Shown piece by piece: positions 55,901 to 64,000 of a DNA stretch of 64,000 nt. Position 1 is the stretch's first letter. Every line of letters starts with the position of its first letter. The notes beneath the pieces were generated by a model. That model saw only the letters and a list, made by a program, of their open reading frames with translations, ran no database searches and was not told the DNA's origin. The DNA comes from Candidatus Doudnabacteria bacterium (GTDB taxonomy: Bacteria; Patescibacteriota; Dojkabacteria; J137; JAEUSD01), in the NCBI GenBank assembly GCA_016788825.1, contig JAEUSD010000002.1:9837-73836 (forward strand). The letters are read 5' to 3'. Position numbers and translations under genes: made by a program.

Positions 55901-58454
55901 GGAGTGTCCTGTAGGGCAATACAAAGTTGAATACTTCGGTAACAAAACACTCAGCGGTCAGGCATTAGAAACGAAATGCGAGACTGCGGTGGATAAAACC
56001 TGGAACGGTTCAGGACCCACAGTAGTGCCAAGCAACGGCTTCAAAGTCGGAGACGGCAGTGATGGTGCGCTAGATGTGCCTGCAGGTCAAACTGTCTATA
56101 CCGATGCCGTGCGCACCAAAGTAATGAACAGTGCTGCCATTGGCGAAAATTATATTTGTGTACAGTCAACTACAGGTTTCGAAATTGGAGATGAAGTTCT
56201 AATTATTCAAAGCCAGGGAACGGGCGTCGGCAACTATGAATTTGCCAAGATAACTCAAATAAGCGGGTGCAATTTCACACTGCAGCCCAACTTGGTAAAT
56301 GCTTACACTACCCCAAACTCCAAAGTACAAGTTTTGAAAGTTCCTAATTACACATCAGTTACAGTGTCGGGCAAACTGACCGCCCATCCTTGGGATGGAG
56401 ATACAGGCGGGGTGTTGGCATTCCGGGCAACTAATGGAGTATCGCTAACAGGTGGCTCTATTGACGCAACAGCACTAGGGTATCGCGGGGCTCCTCGTAC
56501 ATACGGAGCAACTATGCAGGCTAGACAAGGAGAAAGCACCACCGGTGAAGGTAGTTTGAGTAGAATGCATTTTGTAAGTGCAGGCGGTGGAGGTGAAGGC
56601 ACAAGCGAAGGTGGCACAGCAGGTGGTGGTGGTGCTTACCGTACACCGGGTGGACATGGATACGACCCTTCGTATGGTTTGCCAGGGCATGGCTCGACTA
56701 TACTCTATGGCTCAGATGAGTTGACACAACTCTTCTTCGGAAGCTCCGGAGGAGCTGGGGGAACTGATGATTCTGCTTGGAACGGTGTCGCTTTTGGAGG
56801 TCGAGGAGGAAATGGTGGTGGAATTATCTTCATTGAGACGAATACGATCACCGGTACGGGTTCGATCTTGAACAAAGGAGAAAATGGTGAAGATCACGAT
56901 GGCGTGGCAGACAGCGAGCAAGGCGGTGGTGGAGCCGGCGCCGGTGGCTCTACGAAGTTACTTGCGGACAAGGTCAATTTAGACAACGTAACTGTTGAGT
57001 ACCTAGGAGGTCTCGGTGGTAAGGCAAAGGAAGGTGTTGGTGGATCGGGTGGTAGCGGGCAGGTCTATACACGTTACTGTCAGAACTTTAGCGTAAATGC
57101 ACTTCCGGGCGCTTCAGCGCAGGAATCAAACTGTGATAAGGATAACTTCAGCGCCCGGTGGACAGCTGATATAGATTTCGCAACTGCGGGTAGCTACAAA
57201 TTCAATACTTGGACAGATGATGGTACTAAACTGTGGGTAGATGATACATTGCTTGTAGATAGATGGGTAGACCAAGGTGGTGACACAAATTATTTTGGCA
57301 CCAAAGCATTGACCGCAGGTATCCACAAAGTAGTAATGGAGTACTATGAAAATGGTGGTGGTGCAAAAGCGAAACTCACAATCGATCAACCAACAAATAG
57401 CGCGCCGGAGGTTGGTCAAATCCCAGGGCAGACGATTACCGCCGGCGCTTCGTTTACCACTTTCGACTTAGATAATTATGTGACAGATGCGGATCAGGGC
57501 GACACGATCACTTGGTCGTACAGTGGAAATACCAACCTTACAGTTGCGATTGATACAAATAAGGTTGTGACGATCACTTATCCTCAGAACTGGACAGGTG
57601 AAAACAATATTACGTTCCGGGCTACAGACAGCGCCAACGCATTTGACGAAGCCAGTGCTTTGTTCAAAGTGAACGCTTCTGCAACCTGTCCTGGCCAGTT
57701 CCAAGCTGAGTATTTCAACAACAAAACCCTATCCGACACGCCAGTACTTGCGCGTTGCGAGGATGAGGTCGACAATGACTGGGGTGGGGGTGGCCCAGGC
57801 AATGGTGTGAATAACGACAACTTCTCTGCGCGTTGGCAAAAAACAATGCAGCTGGGAGCGGGAGACTATACTTTCGGTACAGCTAGCGATGATGGAGTAC
57901 GACTGTGGCTGAATAACCAGTTGGTGATAGACAATTGGACAGATCATGGGTTGGCAATCGACGAGTATGAGGTCACATTAGCTGCCGGTGAGTATACGGT
58001 CAAAATGGAATACTATGAGTCGGGAGGTGGGGCAATCGCAGCTTTCTGGATGGATTTCCACGGAACTGTTTGTGATTATCTGCAAGGTGAGTTCTGTGCC
58101 GAGTATTTTGATAATCCTTACCTTGAGGGAATGCCAATTTACGATACAGTGGAAGATGAAATTCTGAACGATTGGGGTGGTGGCGGCCCAGGAAACGGTG
58201 TTCCCAACGATGGGTTCTCTGCCCGATGGAAAGGTTCATTCTACTTTGCAGCGGATGATTACGATTTCACTACAGGTTCTGATGATGGAATCAGAGTATG
58301 GGTAGATGACGTATTGATCATCGATAATTGGGATCCTCATGGTTACGAAGAAGATTGGGTGGAGATTGATCTGACAGAGGGGTACCACGACATCAAGGTT
58401 GAATATTACGAGTACGGTGGCGGTGCCTTAGCTGGCCTGTGGTGGGAGGATTAG
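52998..58454 (+). CDS. Giant secreted multidomain protein: alpha/beta-hydrolase (lipase-like), beta/gamma-crystallin-like repeats, Gly-rich beta-region, and four PA14 domains
   Basis: 1818 aa with a signal peptide. Nucleophile elbow 'GHSQGG'. Repeated 'V.LY...NY.G....W...S.V.NL.D...N...S' Greek-key-like units. A Gly-rich segment ('GGGGEGTSEGGTAGGGGAYRTPGG'). Four copies of the PA14 pattern '(A)EYFxNxxL..Q.......D..W..GGPG.GV..DNFSARW..T......G.Y.F.T.SDDG.RLW...'. Confidence 0.75.
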   Translation: MKKLRDLLRVLLIVTFMFPASLVSVLPAKVEADGTPCFVQPIVHANPTGRLLVLLNGLNTENTNGLGYLSWFHLRDGIRDFYDGVVTFSYDKDNASGYYNFEDTGEGLAHHIEALRSLLISCKSTNNFASVDLIGHSQGGFTGFYFLKEEASDGASGILDGYVKNLITLDSPVNGSSQLCGVHFPSQCSSILAWVDGLVDIFTHKLMNSVSGQDMGRKYFTPPNIVETNQDFVETMEQQGVQIHTITNQYDIAVPPRDAVIAGHNNVGSWKATLSNIGGHSAVFEEQYANEVVSLMRPILTEAYNPNTPPPAYNVGGNSARFISHEDIGETLVVLPKQTFKKTWRIKNVGTTTWDTGHKLSFQYGSQLWVNKVGVLNGAIAPDQETLVNVTLTAPSTPGEYQSYWQMSTPSGQYFGDLLWLKVKVQNDASAIGVGTGQVKLFTAANYAGTASSFGTGATNAPSANAVSLQMPEGWSVRTYRADNYTGQGTNTRCWSASVPNLQDHDNWQNAIQSMQVYNYNDCGGGQSVKLYKETNYSNLDREYLPAFTNLPNKDTYSINIPTGWSVWAYDQDNYGGGKVCWSSSVPNLQDTGWQNKIASMEVYTTNQCADNSNVLELCTETGFQQGTCKAVHESANSLQVAGFGNDNAKSIKVTGDWRAVLFHGENYEGAKQLFTSSDNDLSDTAVGNNQASSIQVRKVDPTRVILYDLGDLNGEAFPSDRTVVNLENWFFNDKAESVRVDPGYEVIICSDANFRGICGRTNVNKNDLNDVAYGLRNNVSSVRVCEGSCPATSLVPTIAGPVDTASFLPGSDVAFSWVGNGEEYYIEYWGGDLSGTHNSNGIYGTTSWTKSGLPASQNSYYWHVRSWSPYGQTAWSPTYSFKVQDIGPKDVVIAGPDVATVNQNHIYTAFINPTDAANLNLVWSPTPVSGQGTLEATYNWTTVGPRSISLAVSNTGGNATGSLNIEVECPVGQYKVEYFGNKTLSGQALETKCETAVDKTWNGSGPTVVPSNGFKVGDGSDGALDVPAGQTVYTDAVRTKVMNSAAIGENYICVQSTTGFEIGDEVLIIQSQGTGVGNYEFAKITQISGCNFTLQPNLVNAYTTPNSKVQVLKVPNYTSVTVSGKLTAHPWDGDTGGVLAFRATNGVSLTGGSIDATALGYRGAPRTYGATMQARQGESTTGEGSLSRMHFVSAGGGGEGTSEGGTAGGGGAYRTPGGHGYDPSYGLPGHGSTILYGSDELTQLFFGSSGGAGGTDDSAWNGVAFGGRGGNGGGIIFIETNTITGTGSILNKGENGEDHDGVADSEQGGGGAGAGGSTKLLADKVNLDNVTVEYLGGLGGKAKEGVGGSGGSGQVYTRYCQNFSVNALPGASAQESNCDKDNFSARWTADIDFATAGSYKFNTWTDDGTKLWVDDTLLVDRWVDQGGDTNYFGTKALTAGIHKVVMEYYENGGGAKAKLTIDQPTNSAPEVGQIPGQTITAGASFTTFDLDNYVTDADQGDTITWSYSGNTNLTVAIDTNKVVTITYPQNWTGENNITFRATDSANAFDEASALFKVNASATCPGQFQAEYFNNKTLSDTPVLARCEDEVDNDWGGGGPGNGVNNDNFSARWQKTMQLGAGDYTFGTASDDGVRLWLNNQLVIDNWTDHGLAIDEYEVTLAAGEYTVKMEYYESGGGAIAAFWMDFHGTVCDYLQGEFCAEYFDNPYLEGMPIYDTVEDEILNDWGGGGPGNGVPNDGFSARWKGSFYFAADDYDFTTGSDDGIRVWVDDVLIIDNWDPHGYEEDWVEIDLTEGYHDIKVEYYEYGGGALAGLWWED

Positions 58455-59731
58455 TCGCTGGTCGGGTGGAAGGTCATATCTGGCCTTTCCACCCGCAGCT
58501 CTGATTCCTTTGCGTATTGGTATACGATGTCCCCCGTACGTACGGTAAAGCTGCCGTAGGTGGCGTTTAGTTGGTCAATGGCTTTATCGAGTTCGAGTGT
58601 TTTGGGGTCAGTGAAGATATCAAATGCCAACTTGTTAATTGAATCTAAGTGACTGACCCCAACTGCGACCAGGCGGATCTTGGTGTCTGAAATATCGAAA
58701 TCGTCAAATAGCTTGACGGCGGCTTCGTAGATATCTTTTCCATGGCTGGTGGTAAATTCAACCTTTCCGAAGCCGCTGTAGGTCGAGACCTGGTTCCATC
58801 CGTAATATTTCAACTTTTCTGGTCGTAACCCGACATAGACGGAGCGCGCTGTCTGCCCATGTTTACGCAGTCTGATGGCTAAGCGCTCCGCCATCTTGCG
58901 AATCACACTCTTGAGTTCTTCTTTATCATTTGTAGGGGTGGAAAGTGTGTGAGCATGCTGCATTGTCTTTCTGGGTTTACTGTTCCTGCTTGGATCCACA
59001 GGGTCGTAATATTCTCCATTCGCGATGAGGCGTAGTCTGGTGTAATAACTGCCGACGATGCTCCTCAGCGCCTCATCGCTAAGCTCTCTCAATTGTCGTG
59101 TCGACTTTATTCCTAATTTTTCGAACTTTGGCGTGGCATGGTACCCGATTCCCCAGATATCCCCCAACTCTAGCTGATCCAAGTATTCAAACCGTTTGTC
59201 CCAATCAATTCGTGTCATACCGTCCGGTTTTTTCCAGTCAGATGCAACTTTGGCAAGTAATTTGTTTGGCGCGATGCCCACGGATGATGTGAGGGTGGTC
59301 CCGACCTCTGCTCTGATCCTATCCTTGATTTCTTGAGCAATTTCATCAATTGGTTTTTTGTACAGGTGTAACACTGGTGACATGTCGAGGAAGGCTTCGT
59401 CGATACTGTAGATCTCCATCTTGGGGGTGTACTCGCTGAGAATCTTCATCACTCTCTGGTTGATGTTGTAGTACTTGATGGAGTCAAAGGGCACCAGGAT
59501 AATCTCGGGGCAAACCTGTCGGGCTTCAAATACTCGCATAATGCCCTTCACCCCACGGCGCTTTGCCTCATATGACGCGGCCAGAATGGCCGCGTAGTCA
59601 TACTTCTGGGCAGATGTCACCCCGATAGGTTTGCCCCGCAGAAACGGATTCGTCAGCTGCTCACACGAGGCAAAAAACGCATTCAGGTCTATGTGGATGA
59701 TGGTGCTCTCCGGCATATATGAGTATAGCAA
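58451..59731 (-). CDS. dinB: DNA polymerase IV (Y-family)
   Basis: 426 aa. 'IIHIDLNAFFASCEQL' and 'SIDEAFLD' catalytic motifs, followed by a little-finger domain. Confidence 0.85.
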   Translation of the reverse strand: MLYSYMPESTIIHIDLNAFFASCEQLTNPFLRGKPIGVTSAQKYDYAAILAASYEAKRRGVKGIMRVFEARQVCPEIILVPFDSIKYYNINQRVMKILSEYTPKMEIYSIDEAFLDMSPVLHLYKKPIDEIAQEIKDRIRAEVGTTLTSSVGIAPNKLLAKVASDWKKPDGMTRIDWDKRFEYLDQLELGDIWGIGYHATPKFEKLGIKSTRQLRELSDEALRSIVGSYYTRLRLIANGEYYDPVDPSRNSKPRKTMQHAHTLSTPTNDKEELKSVIRKMAERLAIRLRKHGQTARSVYVGLRPEKLKYYGWNQVSTYSGFGKVEFTTSHGKDIYEAAVKLFDDFDISDTKIRLVAVGVSHLDSINKLAFDIFTDPKTLELDKAIDQLNATYGSFTVRTGDIVYQYAKESELRVERPDMTFHPTSD

Positions 59732-59816
59732 GATCAGGAACTAAGAAAATTTTGTCGGTATGTATTGAATATATATCAATAATGATATAAAATACCTCCC
59801 ATCTTAAAGACTCGCA

Positions 59817-60308
59817 ATGTTTGAGAAACCTGAACTTACCAATAAAGATAATGCTGTAGTTGGTCTGATTAAAACTTTTACCGATAATCCTTTTAATGCA
59901 GTGGGTATTAGCGAAATAGCAGTATTAGGTGTGCTGAGTCGCTGTCTAGAGGCAGTAAATAAAGGAGTTGTTGTTATTGCTTATAACCCTAAGATTGCTG
60001 AGGTGTTTGTTAAACCACATCCGATTCTCTCCAATGACCTTATACCTCAGGATGATTTTTACACTTTACAAAATGCCTATCTTCAATTTGCTAGAAAATC
60101 TGTGGTTGGTGATCCGATTGATCATATAAGTCTGGTTCTAGAGATTGATAAAATGGTAGGAAATCCGGTTTATGTGGAGGACTGGGTAATACCTGAATTA
60201 TTGAAGCAGAGAATCCTGCAGGTTACTTTGGTCGAAAAAAAAGTTAATGACCAAATTGTAATAGTTCCTGCTTATATGGTAGTTGGGAATTTGGCAGAAA
60301 CAAATTAA
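59817..60308 (+). CDS. Hypothetical protein (163 aa)
   Basis: ORF only. Confidence 0.4.
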   Translation: MFEKPELTNKDNAVVGLIKTFTDNPFNAVGISEIAVLGVLSRCLEAVNKGVVVIAYNPKIAEVFVKPHPILSNDLIPQDDFYTLQNAYLQFARKSVVGDPIDHISLVLEIDKMVGNPVYVEDWVIPELLKQRILQVTLVEKKVNDQIVIVPAYMVVGNLAETN

Positions 60309-60309
60309 C

Positions 60310-61095
60310 CTACTTCGTAAACAGCTTCCGTCTAAATCTTTCGGTAAACCCTAACTTCCTTCCTGTGGCGATTGAGGCTTCATTATCTGTTTCGGTTTGG
60401 TAAAAGGCGTATTTGCTGCCTCTAGCTTTTGCTTCTTTCAATCTTTGCAACATCATGGAGGTGTGAATTCCTTTCCTCCTAAATTCTGGTACGACGGCTG
60501 TGTTGATCAGGATTGAGAAGTCAAAATAGTGTCCGACAGTTGAGCAAGCAGCTGGCTTGCCATTCATATAGCCTACAAAATGGCTGATTTCTACCCCATC
60601 TACTTTATTCTGAAAATGCTCAGATAGCTGTACTGCCCAAGATTCAAAATCGCTGTAACCTAGTAATGCGGCTTGAAGATGGTCATCAAAAGTTTCTCTA
60701 TCCAAGCATGGTTTTATATCCAAACCGGGTGTAGTATCTATCTTCTCAGGATCAAATTCCCCTAGGTCAATTCCCCACCAGACCTCTGCATTATCAGGGG
60801 CTTCGTTGTACCCCTGTTGAGTAAGAAATTCTACGGTTTCGGGGGTATCTGTAAGTGGGTCCAAGTAAATGGAAGTTGGCTTGTTTTTTGACTTGAAAAA
60901 ATCTTCAATTTCGGCCAAGTTGGCTTTTAAGGCATCAAATGAAGATAGCCCTTGAGCACTAGACATGAAAAGTGTGTCTAGCTGCTTGGTATACCAGAGT
61001 AGATACTCGGGAAGCACTACAAGTTCATAAATGAAAGTTCCCTTCCAAAGAAAGCTGTTGGCGTAAATTGCTTTACGAATGAGTGAGTTGTCCAT
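60310..61095 (-). CDS. GNAT-family N-acetyltransferase with N-terminal extension
   Basis: 261 aa. C-terminal acetyl-CoA-binding motif 'VVPEFRRKGIHTSMMLQRLKEAKARG'. Confidence 0.6.
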   Translation of the reverse strand: MDNSLIRKAIYANSFLWKGTFIYELVVLPEYLLWYTKQLDTLFMSSAQGLSSFDALKANLAEIEDFFKSKNKPTSIYLDPLTDTPETVEFLTQQGYNEAPDNAEVWWGIDLGEFDPEKIDTTPGLDIKPCLDRETFDDHLQAALLGYSDFESWAVQLSEHFQNKVDGVEISHFVGYMNGKPAACSTVGHYFDFSILINTAVVPEFRRKGIHTSMMLQRLKEAKARGSKYAFYQTETDNEASIATGRKLGFTERFRRKLFTK

Positions 61096-61134
61096 TAGGC
61101 ATTATAATACAAAATATTTTAAAGGGTCACTGAA

Positions 61135-61398
61135 TTATTCTTTCTCTTCCCACGTAAACTCTTCTAGCCACCAGTTGAGGGTGTCTGTGTCTAAGCGGAG
61201 TTTAAAGGCGGCCGAGTGGGTCGCAACATGTACGAGCCAAACGGTGTCTCGGCCGCGATAGGCTTTGGACACGAATGTGACTTCAGTGACTGTGTACTCT
61301 TTATCTTTCCACACGAAGCTAGTGACTTCGAGTTTGCCCCCCACAGAGAACTTAGCTTCTACAGAGATCTTCTCGTGGACAGGGGTGTATGGTTCCAT
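61135..61398 (-). CDS. Hypothetical small protein (87 aa)
   Basis: ORF only. Predicted beta-rich. Confidence 0.35.
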   Translation of the reverse strand: MEPYTPVHEKISVEAKFSVGGKLEVTSFVWKDKEYTVTEVTFVSKAYRGRDTVWLVHVATHSAAFKLRLDTDTLNWWLEEFTWEEKE

Positions 61399-61422
61399 CG
61401 CTGATTATAACTTGGAATTGGG

Positions 61423-61737
61423 CTATTTAGGCGCGCGTTTCGCAGGTTGGCGGAATAAGCGGTCGAGCACCTTCTTGTACCCGCCGGTGCCGAATTGCAA
61501 CGCCTGACTCACGCGCGCCACAGTCGCAGAGCTAAGCCCGGTTAACTTTTGGATTTCGACATAAGGTACTCCTTCGTACAACATTTGGGCGGCTTTCCAA
61601 CGGGAGATAAACGAGCGGGTCTCTGCTGGGGTAAACATATCACTGAGGAACTCCCCTACTTCTTCGGGGGTGCGCAGTTTGGTGATAGCCTTCAAGAAAT
61701 CTTCTCCTTCTGGAGTATCAAATGCGATGTAGCTCAT
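61423..61737 (-). CDS. TrpR-like DNA-binding protein (YerC/YecD family)
   Basis: 104 aa. 'TPEEVGEFLSDMFTPAETRSFISRWKAAQMLYEGVPYVEIQKLTGLSSATVARVSQALQFG' matches the Trp-repressor-like YerC family. Confidence 0.7.
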   Translation of the reverse strand: MSYIAFDTPEGEDFLKAITKLRTPEEVGEFLSDMFTPAETRSFISRWKAAQMLYEGVPYVEIQKLTGLSSATVARVSQALQFGTGGYKKVLDRLFRQPAKRAPK

Positions 61738-61838
61738 ACTTTAGCAATGTAGATTATAGAAGAAAGTATAGTTACTTTTTTTGCAGATAGCAATAAGTCA
61801 GTTAGACTTTCGCATATTCTTGAGATAGAATCATACTT

Positions 61839-63638
61839 ATGGGTAAGGGAAACGAAAAGTTATCGCTCAAAGGCAACATAAAAGCTTTCATTTGGATCAC
61901 AAGATTATCATTTAGCTTCAATAAGTTCATATATGGCCTCTTTATTGTCTCAGAGGTACTCTCGGAGATAATACCTGTTTTGATCACATTCTTTGCTGCA
62001 CAAGTCATCAGTCAATTAGCGAGCGGCACAGAGTTCTTCTCAAATGAAATATTATTCTATTTGGTCAGTGCTTTTGCCCTGACACTATTGCGAAACCTTT
62101 TGCATCAAGTCATTGATTATTCAATTGCGAGGTTCAATTATATTTGGGACATAAAAGCGTGGGAACTGTTCTTAAACAAATCAGCCAGTCTAGATTTCCA
62201 GTACCTAGAAAGCCCAGACTTCAATATCATGCAGCAGAAAGTTAGGGAAGCTGTGAACTGGCGTGGAACGAATGTTGCTTTGTATGCCCCTGATTTAATA
62301 TCTTCTTTCTTGAGCCTGATACTCATATCAGGTATTCTATTTAGCCTAAATCCAATATTCGTGATTGCAATCGTTAGTCTGGAGCTTGTTCGCTTCATGC
62401 TAAACCGCAAATTCGGGAAGTCTCTATACTCTTTCTGGGACAGCAAAGGTGAAACAAAACACCATGCATCATATGCTCAAGGAGCGTTCGAAAATGAAGA
62501 TGTCGTAAGAGAGTCTAAGATTTATGGCTTTGCCAAAGTTGTAATTGGCAGGTATAAGAAAGAATTAGGAGAATTCTATGATGCAAGCGTCCGAAATCTG
62601 AACAATCGTACGATCTTTCGAGTACTAATGACAATATTGGACGATATTCTTACCTTAGTGATACAAATTTGGTTAATTACTAAGGTATTTGCAAGACAGA
62701 TAGATGTTGGTGGTTACAGTTTCTACTTAGCAAATATTTCGACCGTTGCAGGAAGTTTAAATAAACTCCAAACTGCCTTCTCCTGGCTATCTGAGCAACT
62801 CCCCTTCATTTCCGAATTGCGAGATTATCTTGAGCTACCAGACCTAATTCACAAAACACCTGAAGCACAGAAAGTAATCAACACTGCCCCAACGATCGAA
62901 TTCAGAAATGTCACGTTCAAGTATCCGGGGACAGAGAAGATAATCCTGAATAACGTTAACTTTACGATAAAGGCTGGGGACAAGGTTGCGCTTGTAGGTG
63001 AAAATGGTGCCGGAAAAACGACAATAATTAAACTGTTAGCTCGTTTCTACGATGTGACAAGTGGAGAAATCTTAATAAACGGCGTAAACATTAAGGATAT
63101 AGATCTAGAAAGTTACTATAAATTGTGGGGTGTACTTTTTCAGTCTTTTGCCAAGATGTGGTTTTCTGTCCGAGAGAACATTGGGATCGGTAATTTGGAA
63201 GATATAAATAATCTTGAGATGATTAGGCAGGCAGCACAAAAGGCCGATGCCGATGGCTATATATCTAAGTTACCGAAACAATATGAGACTTTGTTGAGCC
63301 GAGATTTCAAAGGAGGAGTTGAACCATCAGGCGGACAGTGGCAAAAAATAGGAATTGCTCGCGCCATGTTTGCAAATCCTAAGTTGATCGTTCTCGATGA
63401 ACCTACCTCATCTTTAGACGCGCTTGCTGAGGCAGAAGTATTTGCCAATATTCACGAGCTATCCAAGGAATCCACTATCGTAATGATCTCCCACCGTTTT
63501 GCTACTGTCCGCAATGCAACCAACATCTTGGTTCTGAAAGATGGCGAAATTTTGGAACAGGGCAACCATGAACAGCTTCTAAGGAATGGGCAACTTTATG
63601 CCCAGATGTTCAACGAACAAGCTAAGGGCTACAGGTAG
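61839..63638 (+). CDS. ABC exporter, fused permease and ATP-binding domains (MsbA/MdlB-like)
   Basis: 599 aa. 6 TM segments, then an NBD with Walker A 'GENGAGKTT', signature 'PSGGQWQKIGIARAM' and Walker B 'IVLDEPTSSLD'. Confidence 0.85.
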   Translation: MGKGNEKLSLKGNIKAFIWITRLSFSFNKFIYGLFIVSEVLSEIIPVLITFFAAQVISQLASGTEFFSNEILFYLVSAFALTLLRNLLHQVIDYSIARFNYIWDIKAWELFLNKSASLDFQYLESPDFNIMQQKVREAVNWRGTNVALYAPDLISSFLSLILISGILFSLNPIFVIAIVSLELVRFMLNRKFGKSLYSFWDSKGETKHHASYAQGAFENEDVVRESKIYGFAKVVIGRYKKELGEFYDASVRNLNNRTIFRVLMTILDDILTLVIQIWLITKVFARQIDVGGYSFYLANISTVAGSLNKLQTAFSWLSEQLPFISELRDYLELPDLIHKTPEAQKVINTAPTIEFRNVTFKYPGTEKIILNNVNFTIKAGDKVALVGENGAGKTTIIKLLARFYDVTSGEILINGVNIKDIDLESYYKLWGVLFQSFAKMWFSVRENIGIGNLEDINNLEMIRQAAQKADADGYISKLPKQYETLLSRDFKGGVEPSGGQWQKIGIARAMFANPKLIVLDEPTSSLDALAEAEVFANIHELSKESTIVMISHRFATVRNATNILVLKDGEILEQGNHEQLLRNGQLYAQMFNEQAKGYR

Positions 63639-63645
63639 GTAGCTT

Positions 63646-64000
63646 TTACACCTGGCTGGCGAACCAGGCCACTTTGGAAATGAAGAGGGCGGGATCGTCT
63701 TGAGGGCCTGCATAGCGACGCACCAAGCAGTTGAGATCTTCGCCACATTTCTGAAGAAATTGTTGGGAAATTTTGCAGCTGAGTACGGTGAGTGCCTCCT
63801 CGAAGCTGGAATACTGTACGCCATCCAAGTAGCCATAAGGATTGTAGGTTTTGACATTTATTCGGCCAAGCCCAGACTCAGAACCGGCGATCCCCACCAA
63901 AATCCGGTAACTTCCCCCACAGGCCTGAGCCTGGTCGACGATAATATGCGCATACGGGACCAATACCGAGCCATACGAACGCATAAACGCCTGGACACGA
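63646..64000 (-). CDS. Hypothetical protein, partial (continues beyond window end)
   Basis: The reading frame stays open upstream of Met 63984 to the window edge. No motif recognised. Confidence 0.35.
   Translation of the reverse strand, partial: RVQAFMRSYGSVLVPYAHIIVDQAQACGGSYRILVGIAGSESGLGRINVKTYNPYGYLDGVQYSSFEEALTVLSCKISQQFLQKCGEDLNCLVRRYAGPQDDPALFISKVAWFASQV

Noticed and set aside
1-64000. CRISPR arrays or other regular direct-repeat arrays
   Set aside because: No periodic repeat/spacer structure seen. The only conspicuous repeats are the coding poly-Pro CCN run (36976-37047) and Ser/Thr-codon runs (27700-27800, 28200-28350) inside CDSs.

Overview
This 64-kb window is gene-dense (about 90% coding) on both strands, from a bacterial chromosome at moderate GC with the standard genetic code as far as the ORFs show. 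It has small housekeeping operons, five tRNA genes, very many hypothetical or DUF proteins, giant cell-surface proteins, a sortase and DUF11 proteins. There is no rRNA, CRISPR array, integrase or transposase. That composition suggests a reduced-genome lineage such as Patescibacteria/CPR, which is a low-confidence inference.

Recognisable housekeeping genes:
- msrB
- peptide deformylase, in an operon with a NatAB-like ABC exporter
- uvrC overlapping a thymidylate-kinase-like gene
- the nrdR-nrdJ operon (class II ribonucleotide reductase)
- FtsW/RodA
- gltX
- dinB
- an OmpR/histidine-kinase two-component pair
- a CaCA antiporter
- an AI-2E transporter
- several ABC systems, including two MacB/FtsX-type ones
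- tRNA-Gly(CCC), tRNA-Thr(CGT), tRNA-Phe(GAA), tRNA-Val(TAC) and tRNA-Gly(GCC)

Candidates for undescribed biology, all inferred from sequence alone:
- A 1433-aa DUF2341/LamG/Fn3 surface protein translationally coupled to a MacB-type ABC transporter.
- An 1818-aa secreted lipase / beta-gamma-crystallin / PA14(x4) giant protein downstream of a soluble histidine-kinase-like gene.
- A sortase divergent from a Cys-rich, poly-proline DUF11 protein, plus a second DUF11 protein with a non-canonical LPDTA sorting signal.
- A tightly overlapping three-gene cassette of unknown proteins between the tRNA-Phe/Val and tRNA-Gly genes.
- A sigma-70-like factor with a large insertion, coupled to a methyltransferase.
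- An RHH-fusion regulator divergent from a MazG-like pyrophosphohydrolase.
- A HEPN-motif small protein next to a 437-aa orphan.
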